From positions 36,182 through 100,181 of the forward strand of contig DASRGG010000027.1 of assembly GCA_035651155.1 (NCBI GenBank): a DNA stretch of 64,000 nucleotides. Reading direction: 5' to 3'. Both the position numbers and the translations under genes were made by a program. The DNA is from Candidatus Limnocylindria bacterium. GTDB lineage: Bacteria; Chloroflexota; Limnocylindria; P2-11E. This document shows, piece by piece, positions 9,449 through 18,963 of the stretch. The first letter of the stretch is position 1, and the number at the start of each line of letters is the position of its first letter. The notes beneath the pieces were generated by a model. The model worked only from the letters and a program-made list of their open reading frames with translations, was not told the origin of the DNA and did no database searches.

Positions 9449-10624
9449 CTAGGCGACGCGCACGCCCGCCTGATACACGGCCCACACGCGCCACATCGCG
9501 CGCGCGTCGGAGAGCGGATCGCCGTGGACGAGCACGAGGTCGGCCGGCATGCCCTCGCCGAGGTGGCCGGCGTGCGGGACGCCGTAGAGCGCGCCACCGT
9601 TGCGCGTCGCGGCGGCGAGCGCTTCGAACGGCTCGAGCCCGGCGGCGACGAGGAGCTCCACCTCCCACGCGAGATGTCCCGCGCGCACGGAGCCGCCCCC
9701 GAAGTCCGAGCCGGCGGCGATGCGCACGCCCGCCCGCTTCGCCGCGGCGACGGACGCGTAGGTGCCCTCCTTGCGCTTCGCGATGCGCGCGCGAGCCTCG
9801 TCGGTCGTGAAGCGATCGATGGTCGTGGTTCGCGCGAAGGTCTCCCACGAGGTGAAGACCGAGAGCGTGGAGACCAGGGTGACGCCGTTCTGCTTCATGA
9901 TCCGCGCGATCTCGTCGTCGAGCTCCATGCCGTGCTCGATCGAGTCGACGCCGGCCTCGGCCGCGACGCGCGCGCCGTCGAAGTACCCGGAGTGCGCCGC
10001 GACCTTCGCTCCTCGCGCGTGGACCGCCTCCACGGCGACCTTGAGATCGTGCACAGAGAACGGCGATCCGCGGTCCCCCTGCGGGGCGTCCATGTACACC
10101 TTGACGAGGTCGGTGCCGAGGTCGAGCTGCGCGAGGGCGGCGTCCTTCAGCCGCGGACCGTCCACGGTGACCCAGAGCGACGGGTAGCCCGTCTTCCCGA
10201 TCCAGGTCCCCGCGACCCGCATGTACGGCGCGCCGAGCCGACCCTTGTGCTCCCCGCGCACGCCGAGCGAGATCGGCACCCCGTCGGCCGATGGCGCGCC
10301 GACGTCGCGCGCCCAGAGGATGCCGGCCCGCGCGAGCCGCTTCGCGTTCTCGCGCGCGACCTGCCGCAGCACCGCGGGCGGGTCGCCGCCGCGCTGGATC
10401 CAGTGACTGCCGCCCGGCATCGTGAGGTGGCTGTGACAGTCGACCATCGCCGGCACGATCGTCGCGCCGCCGGCGTCGACGACCTCCGCGCCGGTCGTGT
10501 CGGCCGAGTCGTTCGGCCGGATCCACGCGATGTGCCCATCCTCGATCGCGAGGCTGACACCGCGCCGGAGTGACGATGACGTGCCGTCGGCCAGCGCGGC
10601 GTCGTGGAGGACGATGCGCGACAC
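9449..10624 (-). CDS. Metal-dependent amidohydrolase (imidazolonepropionase / Xaa-Pro dipeptidase-like)
   Basis: VDCHSHLTMPGG, AAHSGYFDGARVAAEAGVDSIEHG and IAAGSDFGGG are amidohydrolase metal-ligand motifs. The GTG start at 10624 gives VSRIVLHDAALADG. Confidence 0.8.
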   Translation of the reverse strand: MSRIVLHDAALADGTSSSLRRGVSLAIEDGHIAWIRPNDSADTTGAEVVDAGGATIVPAMVDCHSHLTMPGGSHWIQRGGDPPAVLRQVARENAKRLARAGILWARDVGAPSADGVPISLGVRGEHKGRLGAPYMRVAGTWIGKTGYPSLWVTVDGPRLKDAALAQLDLGTDLVKVYMDAPQGDRGSPFSVHDLKVAVEAVHARGAKVAAHSGYFDGARVAAEAGVDSIEHGMELDDEIARIMKQNGVTLVSTLSVFTSWETFARTTTIDRFTTDEARARIAKRKEGTYASVAAAKRAGVRIAAGSDFGGGSVRAGHLAWEVELLVAAGLEPFEALAAATRNGGALYGVPHAGHLGEGMPADLVLVHGDPLSDARAMWRVWAVYQAGVRVA

Positions 10625-10630
10625 GCGCCG

Positions 10631-11259
10631 ATGGTATGTGAACGCTCGATCACGCTCTCGCGTCCCGCTGCGTTGAACGCGCTCGATCTGCGGCTCGTCC
10701 GCGAGCTCGGCGTCGCCGTCGCAGCGGTCGCGGACGATCCGGAGGTCCGCTGCGTGGTCCTGACCGGCACGGGCAAGGCGTTCTGCGCGGGCGGCGACAT
10801 CGCCGAGTTCAGCGCGAACGCGGCGCGCATCGGCGAGCACGTGCGCGAGCTGTCGTCGCTCATGCACGCCGCGCAGTCGCGCCTCGTGTCGATGGGGCGA
10901 CCCGTGATCGCCGCGGTCAACGGCGCCGCGGCCGGCGGTGGCTTCACGTATCTGGTCCCCCGCCTCGCCGGCCTGCGGCGGGCGCAGGAGCTGTACTTCA
11001 CCGATCGCTCGCTCACGGCGCGCGAGGCGCTCGAGTGGGGACTTGTGACGCGCGTCGTCCCGGACGCGGATCTGGGGCGCGAGACCGGCGAGCTCGCCGC
11101 GCGGCTCGCGGCGGGGCCGACGCGCGCCTTCGCCCTCGCGAAGCGGCTCTTCGCTCGTTCCACCGGCGCGTTCGAGGAGCAGCTCGAGCGCGAATCGCTC
11201 GCGAGAAGCGCCGTCCGGAGCTCCGCGGCCGCTCGCTCAGCGGCACGCGACGCGCGTGA
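10631..11259 (+). pseudogene. Degenerate enoyl-CoA hydratase/isomerase (crotonase) family gene
   Basis: ITLSRPAALNALD...VLTGTGKAFCAGGDI...PVIAAVNGAAAGGG is crotonase-like. About 30 residues after GGG, where the catalytic Glu residues normally sit, are absent. The usual C-terminal EKRRPELRG lies in a different frame ending at TGA 11259. Confidence 0.45.
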
Positions 11260-11785
11260 GCTCGGGAGAGGCGAGACCGGTCCCGCCGTCGAAGATGCGC
11301 ATCACGCCCGACTCCGGCCCCACGCTGTAGAAGATGGAGAAGCCATTCGGCCAGAAGGGGTCCGGTGTGACGAACTGGTACCGAGCCGCGAAGCGATCGC
11401 AGCCGTTCACCGTGTCGACGTACCTGATGGACAGGCTCGAGAGCGGCCCCGCGTTGGCCCAGCGGCCCGCGCTGGCTTCCATGTCGCCGTTGGCGCGGTA
11501 GACCGCGGCGAAGCAATCCAGGACCGCGGCCACGTCGGAGCTGGTCGTCAGCGAGAAGTAGCGGTCGAGGAGCTGACGCGGCGTGGCCTGGGCGCTCGTG
11601 CATCCGCCGGACCGCGGTGTGCGCGCAGGCGCGCGCGAAGCGGACGGCGCCGTCGGCGGGAGCGCCGCCGACGCGGTGGCCGCGGCCGGGGTCGGGACGC
11701 TCGCCGCAGGCGCGCACGCGCCGAGCAGCGAGGCCGCAAGGGCGATCGCGGCTACACGGTCCAATCCATGACGACCTTGCCGCAC
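11237..11785 (-). CDS. Hypothetical lipoprotein
   Basis: ..[17 protein letters not shown] is a signal peptide plus lipobox, followed by a Pro/Ala-rich linker and a roughly 110-aa domain. GC3 is high. The start is either ATG 11785 or TTG 11767, and both overlap the 3' end of tdh. Confidence 0.55.
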   Translation of the reverse strand: MRQGRHGLDRVAAIALAASLLGACAPAASVPTPAAATASAALPPTAPSASRAPARTPRSGGCTSAQATPRQLLDRYFSLTTSSDVAAVLDCFAAVYRANGDMEASAGRWANAGPLSSLSIRYVDTVNGCDRFAARYQFVTPDPFWPNGFSIFYSVGPESGVMRIFDGGTGLASPELTRVACR

Positions 11786-12780
11786 TGGCCGGAGCGAACG
11801 ACGTCGAAGGCCTGCGCGAAGTCGCTCGCGGCGAAGCGGTGCGTGATCACCGGCGTGATGTCGAGCCCGCTCTGCAGCATCGAGCCCATGCGGTACCAGG
11901 TCTCGAACATCTCGCGGCCGTAGATGCCCTTGAGCGTGAGGCCGCGGAAGATCACCTGGTCCCAGTCGAGCGCGATCTGCTGGTTCGGGATGCCCAGGAG
12001 GGCGACGCGGCCACCGTGGTTCATGAATGTCAGCATCGAGCGAAGCGCCTCCGGGCTGCCGGACATCTCGAGCCCGATGTCGAAGCCCTCGAGCATCCTC
12101 AGCTCCGTCATCACCGCGTCGAGGGTCGTGTCGCGATAGTCGACCGCGAGCGTCGCGCCCATGCGCCGGGCGAGGTTCAGACGGTAGTGGTTGCTGTCGG
12201 TGACGACGACGTAGCGCGCGCCGACGAAACGGCTCACCGTCGCCGACATCACGCCGATCGGACCCGCGCCGGTGATGAGCACGTCCTCACCGGCGAGCTC
12301 GAAGGACAGCGCGCTGTGCACGGCGTTGCCGAGCGGGTCGAGGCACGAGCCGATCTCGTCGGGCATTCCTGCGGGCAATACGTACGCGTTCGACGCGGGG
12401 ACGCAGACGAAGTCGGCGAACGCCCCAGGGCGCTGGACGCCGATCCCCTCGGTATTGCGGCAGAGATGCCGCCGCCCCGCGCGGCAATTGCGGCAGTGCC
12501 CGCAGGTGACGTGACCCTCCACCGCGACCCGCTGGCCGACGGCGAACCCGGCGACCTCGCTCCCGACCTCGACGATCTGTCCCATGAACTCGTGTCCGAT
12601 GACGAGCGGCACCCTGATGGTCCGCCGCGCCCACGCGTCCCACTCGACGATGTGCAGATCGGTGCCGCAGATCGAGGTGTACTGGACGCGGATGAGGACG
12701 TCGTTCGGCCCGATGCCGGGCTTCGGGACGTCCTCCAGCCAGATGCCGGGCTCGGCCCGGCTCTTCACCAGCGCTCTCAC
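11752..12780 (-). CDS. tdh: L-threonine 3-dehydrogenase
   Basis: [51 protein letters not shown]...VIGHEFMG is a zinc-ADH fold with the Tdh-type N-terminus. The gene is adjacent to kbl. Confidence 0.9.
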   Translation of the reverse strand: MRALVKSRAEPGIWLEDVPKPGIGPNDVLIRVQYTSICGTDLHIVEWDAWARRTIRVPLVIGHEFMGQIVEVGSEVAGFAVGQRVAVEGHVTCGHCRNCRAGRRHLCRNTEGIGVQRPGAFADFVCVPASNAYVLPAGMPDEIGSCLDPLGNAVHSALSFELAGEDVLITGAGPIGVMSATVSRFVGARYVVVTDSNHYRLNLARRMGATLAVDYRDTTLDAVMTELRMLEGFDIGLEMSGSPEALRSMLTFMNHGGRVALLGIPNQQIALDWDQVIFRGLTLKGIYGREMFETWYRMGSMLQSGLDITPVITHRFAASDFAQAFDVVRSGQCGKVVMDWTV

Positions 12781-12789
12781 GCGGTCGGC

Positions 12790-13995
12790 CTACGCTCCCG
12801 ACGTCGCGGGGAGGACGCCGAGCTCGCGCCCGACCTTCGTGAAGGCCGCGATCGCGCGGTCGACGTGCTCCGTCTCGTGCGCGGCCGACAGCTGGACGCG
12901 GATGCGCGCCGCGCCGCGCGGCACGACCGGATACGAGAAGGCGATGACGTAGATGCCCTCGGCGAGCAGGCGATCGGCCATCTCCGAAGCGAGCTTCGCG
13001 TCGCCGAGCATGACCGGCACGATCGGGTGCTCGCCGGGGACGAGCCGGAAGCCGGCCTTCGTCATCCCCGCGCGGAAACGCGACGCGTTCGCGAAGAGCC
13101 GTTCGCGCAGCTCCTTCGTCGACTCCAGGAGATCGAGGACCGCGACGGACGTCGCCGCGATCACCGGCGCGAGCGTGTTCGAGAACAGGTACGGCCGGCT
13201 GCGCTGACGGAGCAGCTCGACGATCTCCTTGCGTCCGCTGGTGTATCCACCCGACGCGCCGCCCAGCGCCTTGCCCAGCGTCCCCGTGAGGACGTCGATG
13301 CGGCCCATCACGCCCTTCGCCTCGTGCGAGCCGCGGCCGTTCGGTCCCATGAACCCCACCGCGTGCGAGTCGTCCACGAACACCATCGCGCCGTGGCGGT
13401 CCGCGAGATCGCAGATGGCCGCGAGGTCCGCGACGATGCCGTCCATCGAGAACACGCCGTCGGTGGCGATGAGCTTGAAGCGCGCATCCTTCGCCGCGAC
13501 GAGCTGCGCCTCGAGGTCGGCCATGTCGTTGTTCGCGTACCGGAAGCGCTTCGCCTTCGAGAGGCGGATGCCGTCGATGATGCTCGCGTGGTTGAGCGCA
13601 TCGCTGATGACGGCGTCCTCCTCGCCGAGGATCGTCTCGAAGAGCCCGCCGTTCGCGTCGAAGCACGAGCCGTACAGGATGGTGTCCTCGGTGCCGAGGA
13701 ACCGCGTGAGGCGAGCCTCGAGCTCCTTGTGGATGTCCTGGGTCCCGCAGATGAACCGCACCGACGACATGCCGTAGCCCCGGCGATCGAGCGCGGCGTG
13801 CGCCGCCGCGACGACGGCGGGATGATCGGACAACCCCAGGTAGTTGTTCGCGCAGAAGTTGATGACCTCGTCGCCCGGACGCACGCGGATGGTGGCGCCC
13901 TGCGGCGACGTGATGACGCGCTCCTTCTTGTACAGACCGGCTTCGCGGATCTCGCCGACCTGCGCCGCGAGGCTGTCGAGGAAGCGTCGATCCAT
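12790..13995 (-). CDS. kbl: 2-amino-3-ketobutyrate CoA ligase (glycine C-acetyltransferase)
   Basis: The ATG at 13995 gives [33 protein letters not shown]...[15 protein letters not shown]...[12 protein letters not shown]...GTLGKALGG, a PLP alpha-oxoamine synthase. Confidence 0.9.
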   Translation of the reverse strand: MDRRFLDSLAAQVGEIREAGLYKKERVITSPQGATIRVRPGDEVINFCANNYLGLSDHPAVVAAAHAALDRRGYGMSSVRFICGTQDIHKELEARLTRFLGTEDTILYGSCFDANGGLFETILGEEDAVISDALNHASIIDGIRLSKAKRFRYANNDMADLEAQLVAAKDARFKLIATDGVFSMDGIVADLAAICDLADRHGAMVFVDDSHAVGFMGPNGRGSHEAKGVMGRIDVLTGTLGKALGGASGGYTSGRKEIVELLRQRSRPYLFSNTLAPVIAATSVAVLDLLESTKELRERLFANASRFRAGMTKAGFRLVPGEHPIVPVMLGDAKLASEMADRLLAEGIYVIAFSYPVVPRGAARIRVQLSAAHETEHVDRAIAAFTKVGRELGVLPATSGA

Positions 13996-14078
13996 GCCGG
14001 GAGCATCATGGCGCGGCGGCCCGCGGCGTGCACGCGGGGCCGGACTGTGGGATCGGATCGAGGCGGCCGTCGCCGCGC

Positions 14079-14363
14079 TCACCGCGCGGCCCTGGCGTCC
14101 TCCGCCTGACGGAACGCCGCGGCGCACGCGTCGCGTACCGCGATCGGCGAGCTGTCCGCGACCTCGACCATGCGCATGAGCGCGTCGAACAGCGGATCGG
14201 ACCCGATCCGCGGCAGCTCGCCGCCGCCCTCGCGCCAATGCTCGCGCGCGTCGTTGACGATCCGCACGACCTCATCCTGGAAATCGTCGGTCCGGAACTC
14301 GTTGAGCAGCGCGATCCGTTCGGCGACCTGCGAGAGGACCTGCGCGCGCTGCTCCGTCTTCAT
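14079..14363 (-). CDS. Hypothetical small protein (94 aa)
   Basis: [43 protein letters not shown]... has high GC3. Its ATG overlaps the upstream stop (ATGA at 14363..14360). Confidence 0.5.
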   Translation of the reverse strand: MKTEQRAQVLSQVAERIALLNEFRTDDFQDEVVRIVNDAREHWREGGGELPRIGSDPLFDALMRMVEVADSSPIAVRDACAAAFRQAEDARAAR

Positions 14364-15508
14364 CGCGTCACGGCCGTGGTGTACCGCTCGTACAGATGCC
14401 GCAGCGTGTCGAGCGGCGCGTCGTAGAAGCGCGCCGGATCCGCGTCGATCCATTCGGACGCCGCACGCGGCGGCTTGCGCAGGACGCCGCGGTAGCGACC
14501 GAGGTGCCGCGCGGCGGGCTTCGCGGCCCCGTCCGCTCGCCAGAGCCCGAAGAAGCGCTCGTGCGGCGCGACGTCGAGCGGCGGCCGGTCCCAGATCTCG
14601 CTCGCGTAGTCGGCGTAGCACCAGAGCATCGCGCCCGCCGCGCCCACCTCGTACAGCGCGTCCAGCGACTCGGCGACGAACGCCTCCGCCACGCCCTCCT
14701 CCTCGCTGGTGCGCGTCGGCATGCCGAGCTCTTCGAAGAGGACGTCCTTCCCGCCGAGCCAGCGCGTGACCTCGGCGAGGAACGCGGGGAGCGCCGCGTC
14801 CGTGCGGCTGCGCGCCCACGCCGCATAGAGCGGGTACCCGTGCATGCAGAGGAAGTCCGACACCTCCGCCGCTTCGGCCGGCCCGAGACGCCGGTCCTGC
14901 TCGAGATCCTCCATGTGCAATCCGACAGTCACGCGGCATGCCGGGTCCGCCGCACGTACGGCGTCGTTGATCTTCGCCAGCCAAGCGCGCGCTCGTTCGC
15001 GTGTGGGCGGCACGCAGACGTTGGAGCTCTCGTTGCCCAGATCCCACGCCCACAGCGCGGGATGGCCGCGGAGCGCGGTCGCGGCCTCGCGCGCGAGCAG
15101 CATCTGCGCGCGCACGACCGCGTCGTCGGCGAACCAGTTTCGCGCGGCGACGCTCGCGTAGCCGCCGCCGCACACGATCGGGAAGCGGCCGGGCTCGCCC
15201 GCCGTGGTCGCCCAGCGAGGGAGCCAGTTCGCGCCGCTCATGTGGCCGGTGAAGAGCGTCGGCACGAGCGCGAGACCGCGTCCGGCCGCCGCATCGGCCA
15301 CCTCGACGAGCGCCGCGAGCGCCGCGCGGTCGACGCGGTCGGGCTCCGGCTGGAAATCCTCCCAGAGGAGGAACACGCGCACCGAGTCCGCGCCCGCCGC
15401 GCGGATGCGCTCGAAGTCGGCGAGGGTCTCCTCGCGCGAGAAGCGCTGCCACCAGCGCATCGCCGTCCTCGCCGGCCAGTAGTTCACGCCGACGCGGAAC
15501 GCGTTCAC
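14360..15508 (-). CDS. Clan GH-A (GH5-like) glycoside hydrolase, no signal peptide
   Basis: VNYWPA...DSVRVFLLWEDFQPEPD...WAWDLGNESS supplies the NE acid/base, and VLFEELGMP the candidate nucleophile Glu. The GTG start overlaps the upstream stop (GTGA at 15508..15505). Confidence 0.75.
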   Translation of the reverse strand: MNAFRVGVNYWPARTAMRWWQRFSREETLADFERIRAAGADSVRVFLLWEDFQPEPDRVDRAALAALVEVADAAAGRGLALVPTLFTGHMSGANWLPRWATTAGEPGRFPIVCGGGYASVAARNWFADDAVVRAQMLLAREAATALRGHPALWAWDLGNESSNVCVPPTRERARAWLAKINDAVRAADPACRVTVGLHMEDLEQDRRLGPAEAAEVSDFLCMHGYPLYAAWARSRTDAALPAFLAEVTRWLGGKDVLFEELGMPTRTSEEEGVAEAFVAESLDALYEVGAAGAMLWCYADYASEIWDRPPLDVAPHERFFGLWRADGAAKPAARHLGRYRGVLRKPPRAASEWIDADPARFYDAPLDTLRHLYERYTTAVTR

Positions 15509-16548
15509 CGCCGCACCTCCCTCGGCTCGCTCGTGAGGACCTGCTCGTACACGGCGAGGTAGTCGTCGACCATCCGGTCGCGGCTGAAGCGCTCCGCGCA
15601 GCGCGCCCGGATGGCGCGGCGGTCGAGCGCGGCCACGCGGCCCACCGCGGCGACGGCGCCGTCGACGTCGTCGACGACGAAGCCGGTGCGGCCATCTTCG
15701 ACGACCTCGGGGACGGAGCCACGGCGGCGCGCGATCACGGGCGTCCCGCAGGCCATGGCCTCGACCATGGCGAGTCCGAAGGGCTCGGCGAAGTTCACCA
15801 GATGGACGAGCGCGAGCGCGTTCCCGAGGAGCTGGTCGCGCTCCTTCGGACCCGCCGAGCCGACGTAGCGCACGCGCACGTCGTCGACGTGCGGCGCGAT
15901 CTCCCGCGCGAAGTAGTCCTCGTCGTGGATGATCCCGGCGAGCACGAGCGGCAGCCCGGTCCGTCGCGCGACCTCGATCGCCTCCGCGACGCCCTTGTCC
16001 GGATGCATCCGCCCGAAGAACACCAGATACGCGCCCGCGCGGTCGCGCGGCGTGAACTCGCCGAGGTCGATGCCGTGATGGACGGTGCGCAGGTACGTGA
16101 GCCCGGGATGGCGATCCGCGTCGCTGATCGACACGTAGTGCACGCGCCCGTCGTATCGCTCGTACACGGGAAGGATCCGCTCGGATGAGAAGCCGTGGAT
16201 CGTCGTGACGACGGGAATGTCCCACCCGCCGGTGTACGTGAGCGGCAGGAAATCGTAGTGGTTGTGCAGGAGGTCGAGCCCGAGCTCGCGCGAACGCTCG
16301 AACGCGTTGGCGATGTGCAGGCTCTCCCAGACCTTCGCGTCGAGCGAGCGGTCCTCGGCCAGCGGGCGCGGACACACGCTGTCGAGCCGCGCCGCGGTCA
16401 CCGAGTCGGCCGTCGCGAATAGCGTCACGTCCACCCCGCGCTCGACCAGCCCCTCGGCGAGGAGCGAGACGACCCGCTCCCACGGTCCGTAGTGCCGAGG
16501 TGGAACCCGCCACGAGATCGGGGCGAGCATGCCGACCCGCGGTGTCAT
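15505..16548 (-). CDS. GT4-family glycosyltransferase
   Basis: The ATG at 16548 gives MTPRVGMLAPISWRVPP. The C-terminus reads FAEPFGLAMVEAMACGTPVIARRRGSVPEVVEDGRTGF, the E-x7-E GT-B motif. Confidence 0.85.
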   Translation of the reverse strand: MTPRVGMLAPISWRVPPRHYGPWERVVSLLAEGLVERGVDVTLFATADSVTAARLDSVCPRPLAEDRSLDAKVWESLHIANAFERSRELGLDLLHNHYDFLPLTYTGGWDIPVVTTIHGFSSERILPVYERYDGRVHYVSISDADRHPGLTYLRTVHHGIDLGEFTPRDRAGAYLVFFGRMHPDKGVAEAIEVARRTGLPLVLAGIIHDEDYFAREIAPHVDDVRVRYVGSAGPKERDQLLGNALALVHLVNFAEPFGLAMVEAMACGTPVIARRRGSVPEVVEDGRTGFVVDDVDGAVAAVGRVAALDRRAIRARCAERFSRDRMVDDYLAVYEQVLTSEPREVRR

Positions 16549-16727
16549 GTGCGCGAGCCGCTGCCTCGCTCGACCTCGCCGAGCGCGTCGCCGACCTTCT
16601 CGGCGGCGTCCCGCGGCTCGTACGAGATCTCGGAAGACACGCGCGCCTCGCCCGTCCCGACGGGCTCGAACATCTCCCACGTCGGCGCGCCAGCGGAGCG
16701 TCTGAGGATCGCGCCGATCCAGTGCAT
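16545..16727 (-). CDS. Possible small ORF (60 aa) coupled to the glycosyltransferase
   Basis: GC3 is high, and the stop overlaps the GT4 ATG (ATGA). I recognise no homology. Confidence 0.3.
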   Translation of the reverse strand: MHWIGAILRRSAGAPTWEMFEPVGTGEARVSSEISYEPRDAAEKVGDALGEVERGSGSRT

Positions 16728-16790
16728 GCCGCCCTCACTGCATGCCGGACGCCAACCCCGGGAATGCTCGCCCGCGAGGCGGCCGAGCGT

Positions 16791-17315
16791 CTAGGCGCCC
16801 TCCTCGTCGGTCGGGAACGCGCCGATGAGCGCACCCGAGACGCGCGCCTGAGAGACGAGGTCGAGCCAGACGTGTTCGATCGTCGGCCCGTCCGAGATGG
16901 ATTCCTCTCCCCGCGCGCGCCGGAGCACGACCACGGCGCACGCGCGGAGCGTCGGCGCCGAGACGTACGCGCCGTCGGTGCAGCGCGCCACGCTCGCCGC
17001 GTGCGGCCAGCGCCGATGCGCGTCGACGTACGCGGCGATGTCGTCGGGAGGCGTCCCGTGCAGCGTCGATCCGTCCTCGACCAGGACGACCGCGACGTCG
17101 TACGGCGTCATCGTGGCGAGGGTCACGCCTCGGCCGGCGATGTAGGCCACGTCGTTCAGCCGGAAGGTGATGCGGTCCTCCGGGCCGAGCGCGCCGGCAC
17201 GCGCGAGGATCCGTGTCGCGATCGTCAGCTCGGTGGCGGGTTGCTCGCGCACGAGCACGGCACAAGCGTGCCACGGAACCGTCCGGAGGCCCACTTCGCC
17301 GAGGCCGTCGCGCAC
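16791..17315 (-). CDS. Class II aldolase/adducin-domain-like protein (divergent, start uncertain)
   Basis: ELTIATRILARAGALGPEDRITFRL...YIAGRGVTLATMTPYDVAVVLVEDG resembles the class II aldolase N-terminal fold. The usual His metal ligands are not evident. Confidence 0.4.
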   Translation of the reverse strand: MRDGLGEVGLRTVPWHACAVLVREQPATELTIATRILARAGALGPEDRITFRLNDVAYIAGRGVTLATMTPYDVAVVLVEDGSTLHGTPPDDIAAYVDAHRRWPHAASVARCTDGAYVSAPTLRACAVVVLRRARGEESISDGPTIEHVWLDLVSQARVSGALIGAFPTDEEGA

Positions 17316-17347
17316 CGCCGTCGCACAGGCGGCGCGAGAATCGAGCG

Positions 17348-18427
17348 GTGGCGCGCGTCCTCGTGATCGGCGGAACCGTCTTCATCGGGCCGTCCGTCGT
17401 CCGGCAGCTCGCGCAGGCCGGACACGAGGTCGCGGTGTTCCACCGGGGCGAGCACGAGACCACGCTGCCCGAGGGCGTGCGGCACGTCCACGGCGACCGC
17501 GCGCTCATCGGCGAGCGGCGCGATCACATCGCCGAGCTCCGCCCCGACGTCGTCGTGGACATGCGGGCGATGACGGAGGCCGACGCACGCGCGGTCGCCG
17601 ACACGGCCCGCGGGATCGCGGGCCGGCTCGTCGTCGTGAGCAGCATGGACGTGTACCGCGCGTACGGCAGGCTGCACGGGACCGAGCCCGGTCCCGCGCT
17701 CCAGCCGCCGTTCGACGAGGATTCGCCGCTGCGCGAGAAGCTCTATCCGTACCGCGAGACGCCTACCGCGCAGCCGCGAGGCGAGGCAGCAGGACGGTCG
17801 GCCGCGCCGGAGTGGCTGACCTCCTACGACAAGATCCTCGTGGAGCGCGTCGCGCTCTCCGACCCCGAGCTCCGCGGGAGCGTGGTGCGCTTTCCGATGG
17901 TGCACGGGGAGCGCGACGGCCAGCGCCGGTTCTATCCGCTCTGGAAGCGAATGGCGGACCACCGCCTCGCGATCCTCATGAGCGAGAAGTCGGCGACATT
18001 CCGGTCGTCGCGGACGCACGTCGACAACGCCGCGTACGCGGTCGCGCTCGTCGCGACCGACGATCGCGCCGCGGGACGCGTGTACAACGTCGGCGAGCCC
18101 GACGCGCTCGCGTGGAGCGAATGGGCGCTGCTCATCGCGAAGCGGATGAGCTGGGGCGGCCAGCTCGTGATCCGCCCGTCCGACGAGATGCCCCCACACC
18201 TGCGCGACTCGCGGCCCGACGTCTGGGATCATCACCTCGTCGCCGACACCTCGCGGATCCGCCGCGAGCTCGGCTATCGCGAGGTGGTCTCGCGCGAGGA
18301 GGGCCTGCGGCGCGCGCTCGCCTGGTACGCCCAGGAGCGGCCGCCCGACCCCAAAGCGGCCGGAAGCCTCGACTACGAGGCCGAGGACAGGGCGCTTGTC
18401 ACGATCCGCGGGGCGGCGGTGCATTGA
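17348..18427 (+). CDS. NAD-dependent epimerase/dehydratase (extended SDR)
   Basis: The GTG at 17348 gives VARVLVIGGTVFIGPSVVRQLAQAGHEVAVFHRG, a Rossmann GxxGxxG motif. Confidence 0.8.
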   Translation: MARVLVIGGTVFIGPSVVRQLAQAGHEVAVFHRGEHETTLPEGVRHVHGDRALIGERRDHIAELRPDVVVDMRAMTEADARAVADTARGIAGRLVVVSSMDVYRAYGRLHGTEPGPALQPPFDEDSPLREKLYPYRETPTAQPRGEAAGRSAAPEWLTSYDKILVERVALSDPELRGSVVRFPMVHGERDGQRRFYPLWKRMADHRLAILMSEKSATFRSSRTHVDNAAYAVALVATDDRAAGRVYNVGEPDALAWSEWALLIAKRMSWGGQLVIRPSDEMPPHLRDSRPDVWDHHLVADTSRIRRELGYREVVSREEGLRRALAWYAQERPPDPKAAGSLDYEAEDRALVTIRGAAVH

Positions 18428-18435
18428 AGGAAGAG

Positions 18436-18963
18436 ATGGGCGCTGTCGAGGCCGTCCGGGTCGCGGGTGCCGCCCCGGCCATCCCACCCGCGCTCGAGGC
18501 GCTCTTTCGAAGGGAGTACCCGCGCGTGGTCGCGATCGCGCGGCGCATCGTCCGCGACGCCGACGAAGCCGAGGACGTCGCCCAGGACGTGTTCGTGTCC
18601 TTCTACAGGAGGCACCCCGCGGACGCCGGCTACGCGTCAGCCTGGCTGCACGCCGCGGCGGTCCACACGGCCCTGAACACGATCCGGTCGCGGCAGCGCC
18701 GCGGCAGGCGCGAGCTCGCGCACGCGCGCGAGCACGACGTCGCCGTCGACCCGGCGCGGCACGCCGAGCGGACGGAGACGCGCGCGGAGGTGCGCGCCGC
18801 CCTCGCCCGGCTCGACGAGCGCAGCGCGTCGCTCCTCGCGCTCCGATACAGCGGGCTCTCCTACGACGAGATCGCCGCGGCGCTCGGCCTGCGGCGCTCG
18901 AGCATCGGCACGTTCCTGAGCCGGGCAGAAGCCGCGTTCCGCAGGGAGGTCACCAGGTCATGA
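18436..18963 (+). CDS. ECF-type sigma factor
   Basis: The ATG at 18436 follows gaaggaagag. Region 2 reads EDVAQDVFVSFYRR and region 4 reads LLALRYSGLSYDEIAAALGLRRSSIGTFLSRAEAAFRRE. Confidence 0.85.
   Translation: MGAVEAVRVAGAAPAIPPALEALFRREYPRVVAIARRIVRDADEAEDVAQDVFVSFYRRHPADAGYASAWLHAAAVHTALNTIRSRQRRGRRELAHAREHDVAVDPARHAERTETRAEVRAALARLDERSASLLALRYSGLSYDEIAAALGLRRSSIGTFLSRAEAAFRREVTRS

Noticed and set aside
7144-9810. Very long plus-strand ORF (888 aa). Similar giants occur at 26450-29638 (+), 51223-54150 (-), 61950-63992 (-), 34345-36450 (-), 11617-14109 (+) and 44466-46799 (+).
   Set aside because: They lie antisense to, or out of frame with, genes that have clear family motifs. Their translations are Arg/Ala/Gly/Pro-rich with no motifs, which is typical of shadow ORFs in very high-GC DNA where stop codons are rare.
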